NCBI GenBank assembly: GCA_964616915.1
Contig: CAZTSL010000001.1
Location: forward strand, 8,933-72,932
Direction: 5' to 3'
Length of the DNA: 64,000 nucleotides
Source: an uncultured bacterium
GTDB taxonomy: Bacteria > Myxococcota_A > CAZTSL01
Under the pieces are notes generated by a model. The model was not told the DNA's origin. It saw only the letters and a list, made by a program, of their open reading frames with translations, and did not search any database. Of this stretch, positions 8,553 to 17,365 are shown in pieces. Each line of letters begins with the position of its first letter. The stretch's first letter is position 1. A program made the position numbers and the translations under genes.

Positions 8553-11500
8553 ATGATCGCGTTCAAGGTCGCCGAAGATGGCGTGCTCTTCCGCCGATCG
8601 GCGGAGGGAACCGGGGGAGAAGGGGAAGCCGCCCATCTCCTCGAGGAATGGCTCGACAATGGCCTGGCCGTTTCGGTGCCGCAAGGGGTGAAGGTCCCTC
8701 ACGAGGTCGTTGCCGATCTCGACAGGGAGGAGGGGCAGATCGTGGGACTCCCCGATCCCTACCCCTTCGAGATCGCACTCTTCCCGAACGAGGCGATCAT
8801 CCCCGATCCGTCGTTCCGCTACCGGCTCGAATTCCTCCCCCACCCTCTGGCCCCACCCTTTGCCGTTGCGCGGGTGGGGTGTTTCATCACGATCGACGGG
8901 GCGGTGACCTATCGCCTCACGCCTCCTCAGTTCCGGCTCTGCGAGGCGGTGGCGGCCTTCGATGCCCTCCCCGAGGGGGCGCGCACGATCGAGTGCCACT
9001 GGTCGAGATTCGCCGAGATCCGCGCGCTGGCCAGGGCGGGGGAGGTGTACCTCGATCCGTACCTGGCCAACGAAGAGGTCGTGCTTCCGGAACGGATCCG
9101 CCTCAAGATCGAACGGCAGGGGGAAGGGACGATCACCCTCCACCCGGAGATCGAGGGGATCGACCAGCCTCAGTTCGAAAAGCGTTTCCGGTCTCCGCGG
9201 ATCCGGAAGGTCTATTCGCTCGAGTCTCCGGAGGGGAAGCGCCGGCGGATCGTCTTCTCCCCCGCGCAGCAGCGTGAACTCGAAAAGATCAAGAAGTACC
9301 GGCGGCTCGAAGGGGAGATGCGCGAGCGTCTCCTCGAAGCGCCGCAGGAGATCTTCGACCCCGATCTGATCGATCTCGACGACTTCAGCGAACGCGTCGT
9401 TCGTATCGGCCTCTACAAGCCCCGGGTCTACCCCTTCGTCTCCCCCTACAAGTCGCAGTGGATTCCGGGATCGATCGTGGAAACCTCCCCCACGCAACGG
9501 CTCAGGATCCCCTTCCCCACCCGGGAGGCGGTCGAACGCTTCGCAGCGGCCTACGAGGAAGCGAGAGCCAAGGGGGCGCGCGCCATGCGCTGGGAGGGAG
9601 AGGAGATTCCGCTCCAGGCCGCCGGATCGGCGCTTCGCCATGCCCGGCGGCAATGGGAGCAACCCGATCGCCCCATAAACCAGGGGGAGGGGGGGGAACC
9701 GGTCCTCATCATCAAGGAAAACATCGAGACCCTCGAACATGCGGAGGCGCAGCCCCGCGCTCCCCTCGCGCCCGATCGTTTCGAGCATCGCTACCAGGCC
9801 ATTCCCGGCCTGAAGGGGGGGGTGGAGATCCTTCCTCACCAGCGGGAGGGGATCGCCTGGCTCCAGAGCCTCCACCTCGACGGATACCGTGGGGCGCTCC
9901 TTGCCGACGACATGGGCCTTGGCAAGACCTTGCAGATCCTCGCCTTCCTCTCCTGGCACCGGGCGAAGCGAAACGTGGAAGGGAAACCCTACCTCCTCGT
10001 GGCCCCCGTCTCCCTCCTCGAAAGCTGGGAGGAAGAGTACGGGAAGTTCTGGGCGCAACGGATGCCGGTCGTGCGGGAGTACGGGGGCGCACACAACCTG
10101 GACGACGTGGGGAAGGGGGACGCTGGGATCGTGCTCACCACCTACGAAACGCTGCGCCGGCGGCAATTCGAGTTCTGCCGCATCGCATGGAGCGTGGTCG
10201 TTCTCGACGAGGCCCAGAAGATCAAGACCCCGGGAACCCTCGTCACGAACGCGGTGAAAGCGCTCAAGGCCGATTTCAAGATCGCAGCCACCGGCACCCC
10301 GGTGGAGAACACCCTCGTCGATCTCTGGTCGATCTGCGACTTCATCGTGCCGGGTCTCCTGGGGAGTGCCCGATCGTTTGCGCAGAGCTACCAGACCCCC
10401 CTCAAGAAGGAGGAGACCGATCTCGAGCAGCTCGGGGAACGGCTCCGCGCGCAGATCGGATGCCACATCAAGCGGCGTCTCAAGGAGGACGTACTCGAAG
10501 CCCTGCCCCCAAAGCGGATCGTCTGCCGCAAGCGGCGCATGCCCCCCGAACAGGAGGCCCGCTACCTGGCCGCCCTGCGGGGGGGGGTGGAGGAAAGGGC
10601 GCCGGGACGCAACGCAATGCTGAGATGCCTCTTCGAGATCCGCGATATCAGCGATCATCCCGCTCTCCCCGACCGGGAGATCGATGCCATTCCGATCGAT
10701 CGCCTCCTGGCCACCTCCGCGAAGCTCGCAGAGACCCACCGGTGCCTCGAGGAGATTCGAGAGCGAGGGGAAAAGGTGATCCTCTTCTCCGATCGGCGCA
10801 AGACGCAGCGTCTCCTGGCCCGGCTCCTGCGCGAGTGCTTCGGGGTCAACCCGAGCATCATCCACGGCCAGACCCCGGTGCATGCGACCCGCAGCAAGGA
10901 GAGCCGCCGGGAAGCGGTGGAGCGGTTCCAGGCGCAACCCGGCTTCCACGCGATCGTCATCTCTCCGCTGGCCGCGGGGGTGGGTCTCAACATCACCGCC
11001 GCGAACCATGTGATCCACTACACCCGTTCCTGGAATCCGGCCAGGGAGGAGCAGGCCACGGACCGGGTGTACCGGATCGGACAGAGACGCACGGTCTACG
11101 TGCATCTTCCCATGGCGGTCTCGGACGATTTCAAGAGCTTCGATCTCGTGATCCACGAATTGCTCGAACGGAAGCGCGCTCTTGCGCGTGCCTCCCTCTT
11201 CCCCACGGAGCAGGCGGAGATCTCTCCCCTGGAACTCTTCGAGCATCTCCATGAGCATCTTCCGGGCTCCTCCCACCCCCTTGCAGCCGAGTCTCCCCTT
11301 GGGATCGAGGATCTCGACACCTTGGAGCCCTTCTGCTTCGAGGCTGCCGTGGCGGCGCTCTGGGATGCGGCGGGGTATGCGGTGATCCTCACGCCGAGAC
11401 GGGGGGACCATGGCGCGGACGTCGTTGCGCGCAGAGGGGAGCGGGGATTCCTCCTCCAGGTGAAGTCGGGCCGCAGTTCCCTTGGCCCCCATTCCGTCAT

Positions 11501-11720
11501 CGGAGAGATCCTGCGGGCGAAGTCTTTCTACGGCGAACGTTTCGGGTGCGACTTTTCGCTCGGGATCGTCACGAACCGTCCCCTCACCCCCCAGGCGGAG
11601 GCGGAGAGTGCCATCAACGGCATCGAGATCTACGGCCGCGATTGGCTCGCCGAGCAGATCACCCGCCATCCCCTCACCCTCTCCCAGATCCACGCCTGGG
11701 AAGCACGCCGGGAGCAATGA
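8553..11720 (+). CDS. zorD: Zorya protein ZorD-like: SNF2-family helicase (SNF2_N + Helicase_C) fused to a C-terminal Mrr-like PD-(D/E)xK nuclease domain
   Basis: The ATG at 8553 lies 8 nt after GGAGAGAGGAG and 24 nt after the zorC stop. SNF2 motifs: LADDMGLGKTLQ (I), VVLDEAQKIK (II, DEAQ), AATGTPVEN (III). Helicase_C motifs: IISPLAAGVGLNITAANHVIHY, SWNPAREEQATDRVYRIGQ. The C-terminal ~130 aa carry GDHGADVV...GFLLQVKSG, matching the Mrr catalytic D-x(n)-(E/Q)xK core. Confidence 0.8.
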   Translation: MIAFKVAEDGVLFRRSAEGTGGEGEAAHLLEEWLDNGLAVSVPQGVKVPHEVVADLDREEGQIVGLPDPYPFEIALFPNEAIIPDPSFRYRLEFLPHPLAPPFAVARVGCFITIDGAVTYRLTPPQFRLCEAVAAFDALPEGARTIECHWSRFAEIRALARAGEVYLDPYLANEEVVLPERIRLKIERQGEGTITLHPEIEGIDQPQFEKRFRSPRIRKVYSLESPEGKRRRIVFSPAQQRELEKIKKYRRLEGEMRERLLEAPQEIFDPDLIDLDDFSERVVRIGLYKPRVYPFVSPYKSQWIPGSIVETSPTQRLRIPFPTREAVERFAAAYEEARAKGARAMRWEGEEIPLQAAGSALRHARRQWEQPDRPINQGEGGEPVLIIKENIETLEHAEAQPRAPLAPDRFEHRYQAIPGLKGGVEILPHQREGIAWLQSLHLDGYRGALLADDMGLGKTLQILAFLSWHRAKRNVEGKPYLLVAPVSLLESWEEEYGKFWAQRMPVVREYGGAHNLDDVGKGDAGIVLTTYETLRRRQFEFCRIAWSVVVLDEAQKIKTPGTLVTNAVKALKADFKIAATGTPVENTLVDLWSICDFIVPGLLGSARSFAQSYQTPLKKEETDLEQLGERLRAQIGCHIKRRLKEDVLEALPPKRIVCRKRRMPPEQEARYLAALRGGVEERAPGRNAMLRCLFEIRDISDHPALPDREIDAIPIDRLLATSAKLAETHRCLEEIRERGEKVILFSDRRKTQRLLARLLRECFGVNPSIIHGQTPVHATRSKESRREAVERFQAQPGFHAIVISPLAAGVGLNITAANHVIHYTRSWNPAREEQATDRVYRIGQRRTVYVHLPMAVSDDFKSFDLVIHELLERKRALARASLFPTEQAEISPLELFEHLHEHLPGSSHPLAAESPLGIEDLDTLEPFCFEAAVAALWDAAGYAVILTPRRGDHGADVVARRGERGFLLQVKSGRSSLGPHSVIGEILRAKSFYGERFGCDFSLGIVTNRPLTPQAEAESAINGIEIYGRDWLAEQITRHPLTLSQIHAWEARREQ

Positions 11721-11891
11721 TGGAGGCTCGGGATGCCCGCCGCAATCGATCGATGAAAGACCCCCTTTCCCCCACTCGGGGGCGATCGGCTTTCCATCAT
11801 GACAAGAAATTTTTCGATAGGCGTGAACGGTTACGGCGGTGAAGGAGGGAGCGCCGAAGGGATCGGATACCGTCTCGAAACGTCGGGAGGA

Positions 11892-13559
11892 TCAGAGGGC
11901 TTCCTTCCCCGAGGTGAGTGTGAACCAGCGATCGATGAGATCCCGATATTCGTCGCCGAGCTGGGAGGTATATCCGGTGAAGTTGACCGAGAGATCCGCC
12001 CGCGCATCCTCGGAGGAAACCGCCCCCTGAATGAGGAGAGGCAGGAGCGTCACGAGATGGGCGTCCCTTACATTCCCGACATTCCGGTCCAGAATCTCGG
12101 AGACCTTCTTCTCGACGACCTCCCGCTTCGCCTCCTTCGTCTCGGGATCCTTGTACTGGATCTCGAGCGTGAAGGTCGCCTCCGGGTCGAGGGGGGTCTG
12201 TGGATCACAGAGGGTGAACCCCTCGAAGAAGAACTGGGAGGTGTTGAACGAGAAGTTCGTCGTGGCGACCTCCGATTCGTTCGTCGAGGATTCCTCGGAG
12301 GCCGTGATCCGGCGGGTGAGCATCTCCGGGAAGTCGAGGCGGAAGCGCACGTCCCTGGCCGCAACGCTCAGCAGCGCGATGAAGCGGTCCTTGAAGGCAC
12401 GCTTCGCGTCGAAGGGGGTGATGACCGCGAAGTAGGCTCCCTTCCCCGCCTCGGTCAACTCGTCGAGGAACGCCTCCTGGAAGTCTGCGCCGAAACCGAT
12501 GCCGGAGAAGTAGATCCCCTCCCGCTCGTTGATCGAGGTCGCCTGCGCGATCACGCTGGGATTGACCTCACCCCGATTGGCGTAGGCATCGGTCAGGAGG
12601 ATGACGCGGTTCATCTTCGCCGGATCGTACTGGCGCCACGCGACTTCGTAGCCGAGTTCGATCCCCCGGTTCAGGTTCGTACTCCCGATCGTGTGGAGCG
12701 CCTCGATATACTGGAGATAGCGCTCCTCGCCGTCGGTGTAGGCGTATCCCTCGAAGACGACGTCGGCGTCGTCGGAGAACTCCACGAGATTGACGACGTC
12801 GCCCGGCTTGAGGCTGCCGTACATCACGGAGAGCCCGAACTTGGCCGCATCGAGGAGGGTCTTGATCTGGCTCTCCCCCGAATCGTAGAGGAGTTCCGTA
12901 TCCATCGAGCCGGAGACGTCCACGATCAGGGTGACGACGGCGTTGCGCCGTTCCTCCCGCGTGATCGTCGGCGCCGAGAGGTGAATCCCGAGATCGTAGA
13001 CCGTGCGTTTCGGATCGGTGGGGTCCTTGAGATCCCAGAGGCCGACGGAGACATCGAAGAGACCGATCTTCTCCGCGCCCTCCTGGGAGAAGTGTTCATA
13101 GTTGAGGAACTCCCAGGGTCGTGCCCACCCCTTCGAGGGCACCCGCCCCGACTGGAGGGCGGACTTCGTCAGTTCGACGCCGGCGGTGCTGGCCGAATCG
13201 TCGTAGGAGAAATAGAAGAACTTCGGTTCTTCCGAACAGACGAGTTCCGCGGAAGATTCTGCCGATGCCTCCTCTGTCTCCGATACGGAGAATTCTCCCG
13301 ACTCGGCTTCCGCACCCGTTTCCGACCCGGTTGCTGCGCCCGATTCCCCATCGTCGAAGACGGCGTCGGAGCCCTGTCCTTCCCCGTCTCCCGCCGGTGC
13401 GGCTGCGGGCTCGTTTCCGCCGCCGTTGCTCTGGATGCCTGCCTCCGTCTTGTTCGTATCTTCCCCCTCTCCGCCACAGGCCACGGCAACGAGGGGAAGG
13501 AGCAGGGCGATCCAGGAGATGATGTGGATGTGGGTCTTTCCCACCGCGCTTCGCTTCAT
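11892..13559 (-). CDS. Secreted VWA (von Willebrand factor A) domain lipoprotein
   Basis: Internal Met start MKRSAVGK... followed by a lipobox (LLPLVAVAC|GG). It has a long acidic G/E/S/A-rich linker and a VWA domain with the MIDAS motif (VTLIVDVSGSM ... VILLTDAYANRG). It is convergent with zorD. Confidence 0.7.
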   Translation of the reverse strand: MKRSAVGKTHIHIISWIALLLPLVAVACGGEGEDTNKTEAGIQSNGGGNEPAAAPAGDGEGQGSDAVFDDGESGAATGSETGAEAESGEFSVSETEEASAESSAELVCSEEPKFFYFSYDDSASTAGVELTKSALQSGRVPSKGWARPWEFLNYEHFSQEGAEKIGLFDVSVGLWDLKDPTDPKRTVYDLGIHLSAPTITREERRNAVVTLIVDVSGSMDTELLYDSGESQIKTLLDAAKFGLSVMYGSLKPGDVVNLVEFSDDADVVFEGYAYTDGEERYLQYIEALHTIGSTNLNRGIELGYEVAWRQYDPAKMNRVILLTDAYANRGEVNPSVIAQATSINEREGIYFSGIGFGADFQEAFLDELTEAGKGAYFAVITPFDAKRAFKDRFIALLSVAARDVRFRLDFPEMLTRRITASEESSTNESEVATTNFSFNTSQFFFEGFTLCDPQTPLDPEATFTLEIQYKDPETKEAKREVVEKKVSEILDRNVGNVRDAHLVTLLPLLIQGAVSSEDARADLSVNFTGYTSQLGDEYRDLIDRWFTLTSGKEAL

Positions 13560-13844
13560 CGTCTTCCTCCTTTGTCTCTTCCCGGATGGTGGCGATCGTG
13601 TTTCAAAGGTGAAGTGCAAAGTTTGGGCCATAGGGCATCCCCTTCCCGCCCCAGGGAGCAGGGATGCGCCATACCCGCCACGATGCATCGGTTGCCGGCG
13701 GGGAAATCAGAGGAGAATCCTCCTCCCCTGGGGGGCAGGGGAGGAGAGATTCGAGCATGGAATTCGGGACGGACGATCAGAAAATCGAGGGCGTCGTCTC
13801 ACTTTTTCGGAGGGTTCCCCTTTCTCGTTCTCTTCGTAACGCGC

Positions 13845-14738
13845 TCACCTCGTCTCATGCCCCCCCGGCTCCGGGGGGGGCGCCGAGATCCCGAGCCCGA
13901 TCCCGAGGAGGGTGAGGATGCCCCCGGCAATGACGCGGAAGGCCGGAACTTCTCCCAGCACGATCCATCCGATGAGGGTGGCCAGGAACGGCTCGCTCAA
14001 GATCCAGAGGCCGAGTTCCACCGGTCCCTTGAAGCGCAGGAGGTAATTGAGTCCGCCATGGCCAAGAAGGGTGGGGAAGAACGCCAGTGCCGCACAGGCG
14101 AACCAGGTCACCCGGTCGAACCCCCGCCAGGGCGTCCCCATCTTCGCGACCACAAGGGCGGTGACGACCGCAGCGGTGAGATAGACCGTGGCGACGTAGG
14201 CGAAGAAACCACTCTCTCCGCGCGCGCGGCGTCCGGAGAAGACATAGCCCACCCAGCAGAAGGCTCCAAGGAGCGCCAGGAGATCCCCGGAAAGGTGATG
14301 CGCGCCCCCTCCCCCGCCCGTCACCACGATGCCGATCCCGAGGAAGGCAACGACGAGTCCGATCCACTGCCGCCGCTCGACCCGTTCCCCCAGGAGGGGG
14401 CGCGAAAGGAGGGCAGACCAGAGCGTGCCGGTGGTCACCAACAGCGTGGCACTGGCAATCGAGGTTCGCTGGACCGCCGTAATCCAGGAGATGAGGTGGA
14501 ACGCGAGGAAGAGACCGGCCCATCCCCCGCGCCACAGCGGCCACCGTTCCCGCCGCAGGAACGCGGCAGCGGAAAAGTAGGGGAGCGCAAAGAGGAGCCG
14601 CCACAAGACGATCGCCAACGCCGGGGCACGTGCCACCCGAACGAGGGGCGCACTCACGGAGAGTGCAAGGAGCGCCGCGCAAAGCACGCATCCGATCCAT
14701 ATGCGCGTGGCGCGCCCCTCGTCAGGCTCACCCGACAT
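13845..14738 (-). CDS. EamA/DMT-family (drug/metabolite exporter) membrane transporter
   Basis: 297 aa with ~10 TM helices and the two-repeat EamA architecture. Confidence 0.7.
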   Translation of the reverse strand: MSGEPDEGRATRIWIGCVLCAALLALSVSAPLVRVARAPALAIVLWRLLFALPYFSAAAFLRRERWPLWRGGWAGLFLAFHLISWITAVQRTSIASATLLVTTGTLWSALLSRPLLGERVERRQWIGLVVAFLGIGIVVTGGGGGAHHLSGDLLALLGAFCWVGYVFSGRRARGESGFFAYVATVYLTAAVVTALVVAKMGTPWRGFDRVTWFACAALAFFPTLLGHGGLNYLLRFKGPVELGLWILSEPFLATLIGWIVLGEVPAFRVIAGGILTLLGIGLGISAPPPEPGGHETR

Positions 14739-14792
14739 GTGTCGGACCCCTCCGATCCCGGACGAAACACCGCCAGCAGCCGGGGAAACGCT

Positions 14793-15227
14793 TCATGAAG
14801 GGAAACTGACGGTCTGAAGCCAGAAGTCCCGCAATTTTCCCACCATGTCTTCGAATTCGGCGCGCTCCGCGGGTCTGACGATACAGGCGTTGGCACCCCG
14901 GTGGTAAGCGGCCAGGATCGCCGAGGGGGCATCGTGATGGATCAGGACGATCACCGGAACCCTCCGGAGCCTCTCATCCCCTTTGATCGCCGTGAGGATT
15001 CCTTCTTCCTCTCCGGGGGTGGCAGGGGCGAGGACGACGAGATCGGGGCGTGGGGTTTCACCCGGACTGCCTCCCAGGATCTCGATGGCCTCGCTTTCAT
15101 CGGTTGCAGTCCGGGTCCGCACTCCCCTCCTCCCTGCACTCAGAGTCTCTGAAATCCTCCGGAGGATTTCCGCATCCCCTCCGACCAGGAGGATTTCGAT
15201 CGGTCTGCTGAGAATCGTCATGAACAC
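14793..15227 (-). CDS. Atypical (pseudo-)receiver domain protein, CheY-like fold
   Basis: 144 aa with an overall REC-domain pattern (ILLVGGD..., PDLVVLA, VPVIVLIHHD, ACIVRP). The acidic pocket and the phospho-acceptor Asp are replaced (GG for DD; A for D; R for K). Confidence 0.5.
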   Translation of the reverse strand: MFMTILSRPIEILLVGGDAEILRRISETLSAGRRGVRTRTATDESEAIEILGGSPGETPRPDLVVLAPATPGEEEGILTAIKGDERLRRVPVIVLIHHDAPSAILAAYHRGANACIVRPAERAEFEDMVGKLRDFWLQTVSFPS

Positions 15228-15449
15228 CTTTCCTCGCTACAAGGGGATACCGATGGGAGCCATTATATTCCCTCTGCCTTCCGCTGTCACCTCCCCGCCT
15301 CGAGCTTCGTGCATCCCTCTCCTTCTCCAAAGTCCCATCTTGGTGACGTGGCCGCTTCGTTCAGAAACCGATTGATCTTTTCGGGCGACATCGCTATAAT
15401 CGAGCCATTGAATCGCTGCTCGAAAACGTTACGCGCTCAGCACGAGGTG

Positions 15450-17345
15450 ATGGCCGTGAATTTGGAGCCGAACATTCCCCAGATGATCTTCAACCGGGTG
15501 GAGCGTTTTGGAAACCAGCCCGCCTTCCGGAGGAAGGTCCGCCGCAATTGGCAGGAGACGTCATGGAGCCATCTGGGAGGATGGATCACGAGCGTGGGGA
15601 TCGGACTGATCGAAAAGGGCTTCCAGCCGGAGGACAAGGTCGCGATCTATGCCGCGAACTGTCCGGAGTGGTTCTACATCGACTTCGCAGCCCAGGCGAT
15701 CGGGGGGATCACCTGTCCGATCTACAAGAATGCCGGACCGGAGGAGGTCTTCTATATCCTCGAACATTCCGAGGCCAACTGCATCTTCGTCGATACCGAG
15801 GAGCGCCTCTCCAACGTGATGCGTTTCAAATCGCGGCTCCCCGATCTCAAGATCGTGATCACGCTGGAGGAGGGACTGACCTACGAGGACACCTCCGTGC
15901 TCGAGGAGACGCCATCGGGCCAGTTTACCCCCGATCTCCTCGATGCGCCCGCGCTCGACTACCAGCTCGTGTCGATCAAGCAGTTGATGGAGACGGGGGA
16001 GGAACTCCGTTTCGTTCATCACCACGAGTTCAGCAGCCGCCTGAGTGACACGAACCGCGACGCCGTGGCGACGATCGTCTACACCTCGGGGACGACCGGG
16101 AACCCCAAGGGGGTGATGCTGACCCACGGCAGCATCCTTTCCGTACTCGAAGCCACCGCCGCCTTTCTCCCCGAGGAGGTCGGGGTGGGAGAGGCGACGA
16201 TCTCCTACCTCCCCCTCTCCCAGATCGCGCCCCGGATCATGGACTATCGGAGTTTCCATCACGGCTTCGTCGTCCATTTCCTCTCCGATGAACGGCTCTT
16301 CCAGCAGACCTTGCGGGAGATCCAGCCCACCCTCCTCTACACGAACCCCTTCGTGATCGAACGGGTGTACCGGCAGATCCATGAGAAGATCGAGACCTTT
16401 CCCCCGATGACGAAGCGGTTTTTCCGGTGGGCGGAGAAGATCGGGCGCAATTTCTACGAGGAGACCGTCTATCGGGATGGGGTGTCGTCACGAACCCGTT
16501 TCCGGCGTCGGATCGCGGAACGCTTCGTCTATCCGAAGCTCCGGGAGCAGTTCGGCGCCCGCCTCAAACTCGTCGTCACCTCGGGCGCCCCTCTGGCGCC
16601 CGAGGCTGCGGCCTTCTTCTTCGGAATCGGGATCCCCGTCCTCGAATTCTACGGTCTCACCGAAACGTCGGGAATCCTCACCCACACGAGCATCGATTCG
16701 GCCCGTTACGGTACCGTGGGGCTTCCGATCCCCGGCACCGAGGTCATCGTGGACGAAACGGGGGAGATTCTCTGCCGCGGCCCCAACCTCTTCCACGGCT
16801 ACGACAAGGAGCGCCAGACCACGGAACGGGCGATGCGCGGGGGGTGGTTCCATACCGGAGACATCGGGGAGATCGACGAAGAGGGCTTCCTGCGTGTGAT
16901 CGGCCGCAAGGAGGAGATCTTCGCCTGCGCCGATGGCACCCTCGTTTCCCCTACGCACATCGAGTCGCGCCTCCGCGCCCATCCACTCATCGCCCACGCC
17001 TACGTCCACGGCGAAAACCGTCCCTATCTCACCGCGCTCCTCACCCTCGACATGGATGCGGTCTCTCAGTTCGCCCGGAGCGAAAACATCAAGTTCAAGG
17101 ACATCTACGATCTGCTCGACAACGAGATGCTCGTTGCCTACATCCACACCCACGTCGTATCGCTCAACCAGCAACTCCCAACACAGGAGCGGATCAAACG
17201 CTATCAGATCCTCCCCGAGGGCTTCTCGGTGGAGGCAGGTGAACTGACCTCCACCTATCAGCTTCGGCGCAGCGTCATTGCCGAGCGCTACCACGATCTG
17301 ATCGAGGAGATGTACACGGAGGATGCTCGTGCCGCGCATCCCTGA
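15450..17345 (+). CDS. AMP-dependent synthetase/ligase (long-chain-fatty-acid--CoA ligase-like)
   Basis: The ATG at 15450 follows GAGGTG. The AMP-binding signature is TIVYTSGTTGNPKGVMLTHGSI, with the C-terminal ...GELTSTYQLRRS motif typical of long-chain acyl-CoA synthetases. Confidence 0.85.
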   Translation: MAVNLEPNIPQMIFNRVERFGNQPAFRRKVRRNWQETSWSHLGGWITSVGIGLIEKGFQPEDKVAIYAANCPEWFYIDFAAQAIGGITCPIYKNAGPEEVFYILEHSEANCIFVDTEERLSNVMRFKSRLPDLKIVITLEEGLTYEDTSVLEETPSGQFTPDLLDAPALDYQLVSIKQLMETGEELRFVHHHEFSSRLSDTNRDAVATIVYTSGTTGNPKGVMLTHGSILSVLEATAAFLPEEVGVGEATISYLPLSQIAPRIMDYRSFHHGFVVHFLSDERLFQQTLREIQPTLLYTNPFVIERVYRQIHEKIETFPPMTKRFFRWAEKIGRNFYEETVYRDGVSSRTRFRRRIAERFVYPKLREQFGARLKLVVTSGAPLAPEAAAFFFGIGIPVLEFYGLTETSGILTHTSIDSARYGTVGLPIPGTEVIVDETGEILCRGPNLFHGYDKERQTTERAMRGGWFHTGDIGEIDEEGFLRVIGRKEEIFACADGTLVSPTHIESRLRAHPLIAHAYVHGENRPYLTALLTLDMDAVSQFARSENIKFKDIYDLLDNEMLVAYIHTHVVSLNQQLPTQERIKRYQILPEGFSVEAGELTSTYQLRRSVIAERYHDLIEEMYTEDARAAHP

Positions 17346-17365
17346 GGTCGTTTCACGGGTCCGCC

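Noticed and set aside
9905-9925. Sigma-54-like TGGCAAGACCTTGCA element
   Set aside because: The spacing between the GG and GC elements is off by one. It lies inside the zorD Walker-A-coding sequence (GLGKTLQ) and arises from codon constraints.
8442-11717. 1091-aa antisense ORF opposite zorD. Similar long antisense ORFs appear at 3849..6248, 19227..21545, 25288..28212, 29433..31295, 11799..14798, 60160..61968 and 62197..63498.
   Set aside because: The genome is ~68% GC, so stop codons are rare on any strand. These ORFs mirror strongly motif-supported genes on the opposite strand, have Arg/Gly/Pro/Asp-biased low-complexity translations and no recognisable domains. They are treated as artefacts.
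13700-13760. Palindrome GAGGAGAATCCTCCTC followed by a G-rich stretch between the EamA and VWA genes
   Set aside because: It could be a bidirectional terminator or operator. It is too short and ambiguous to call without transcript data.
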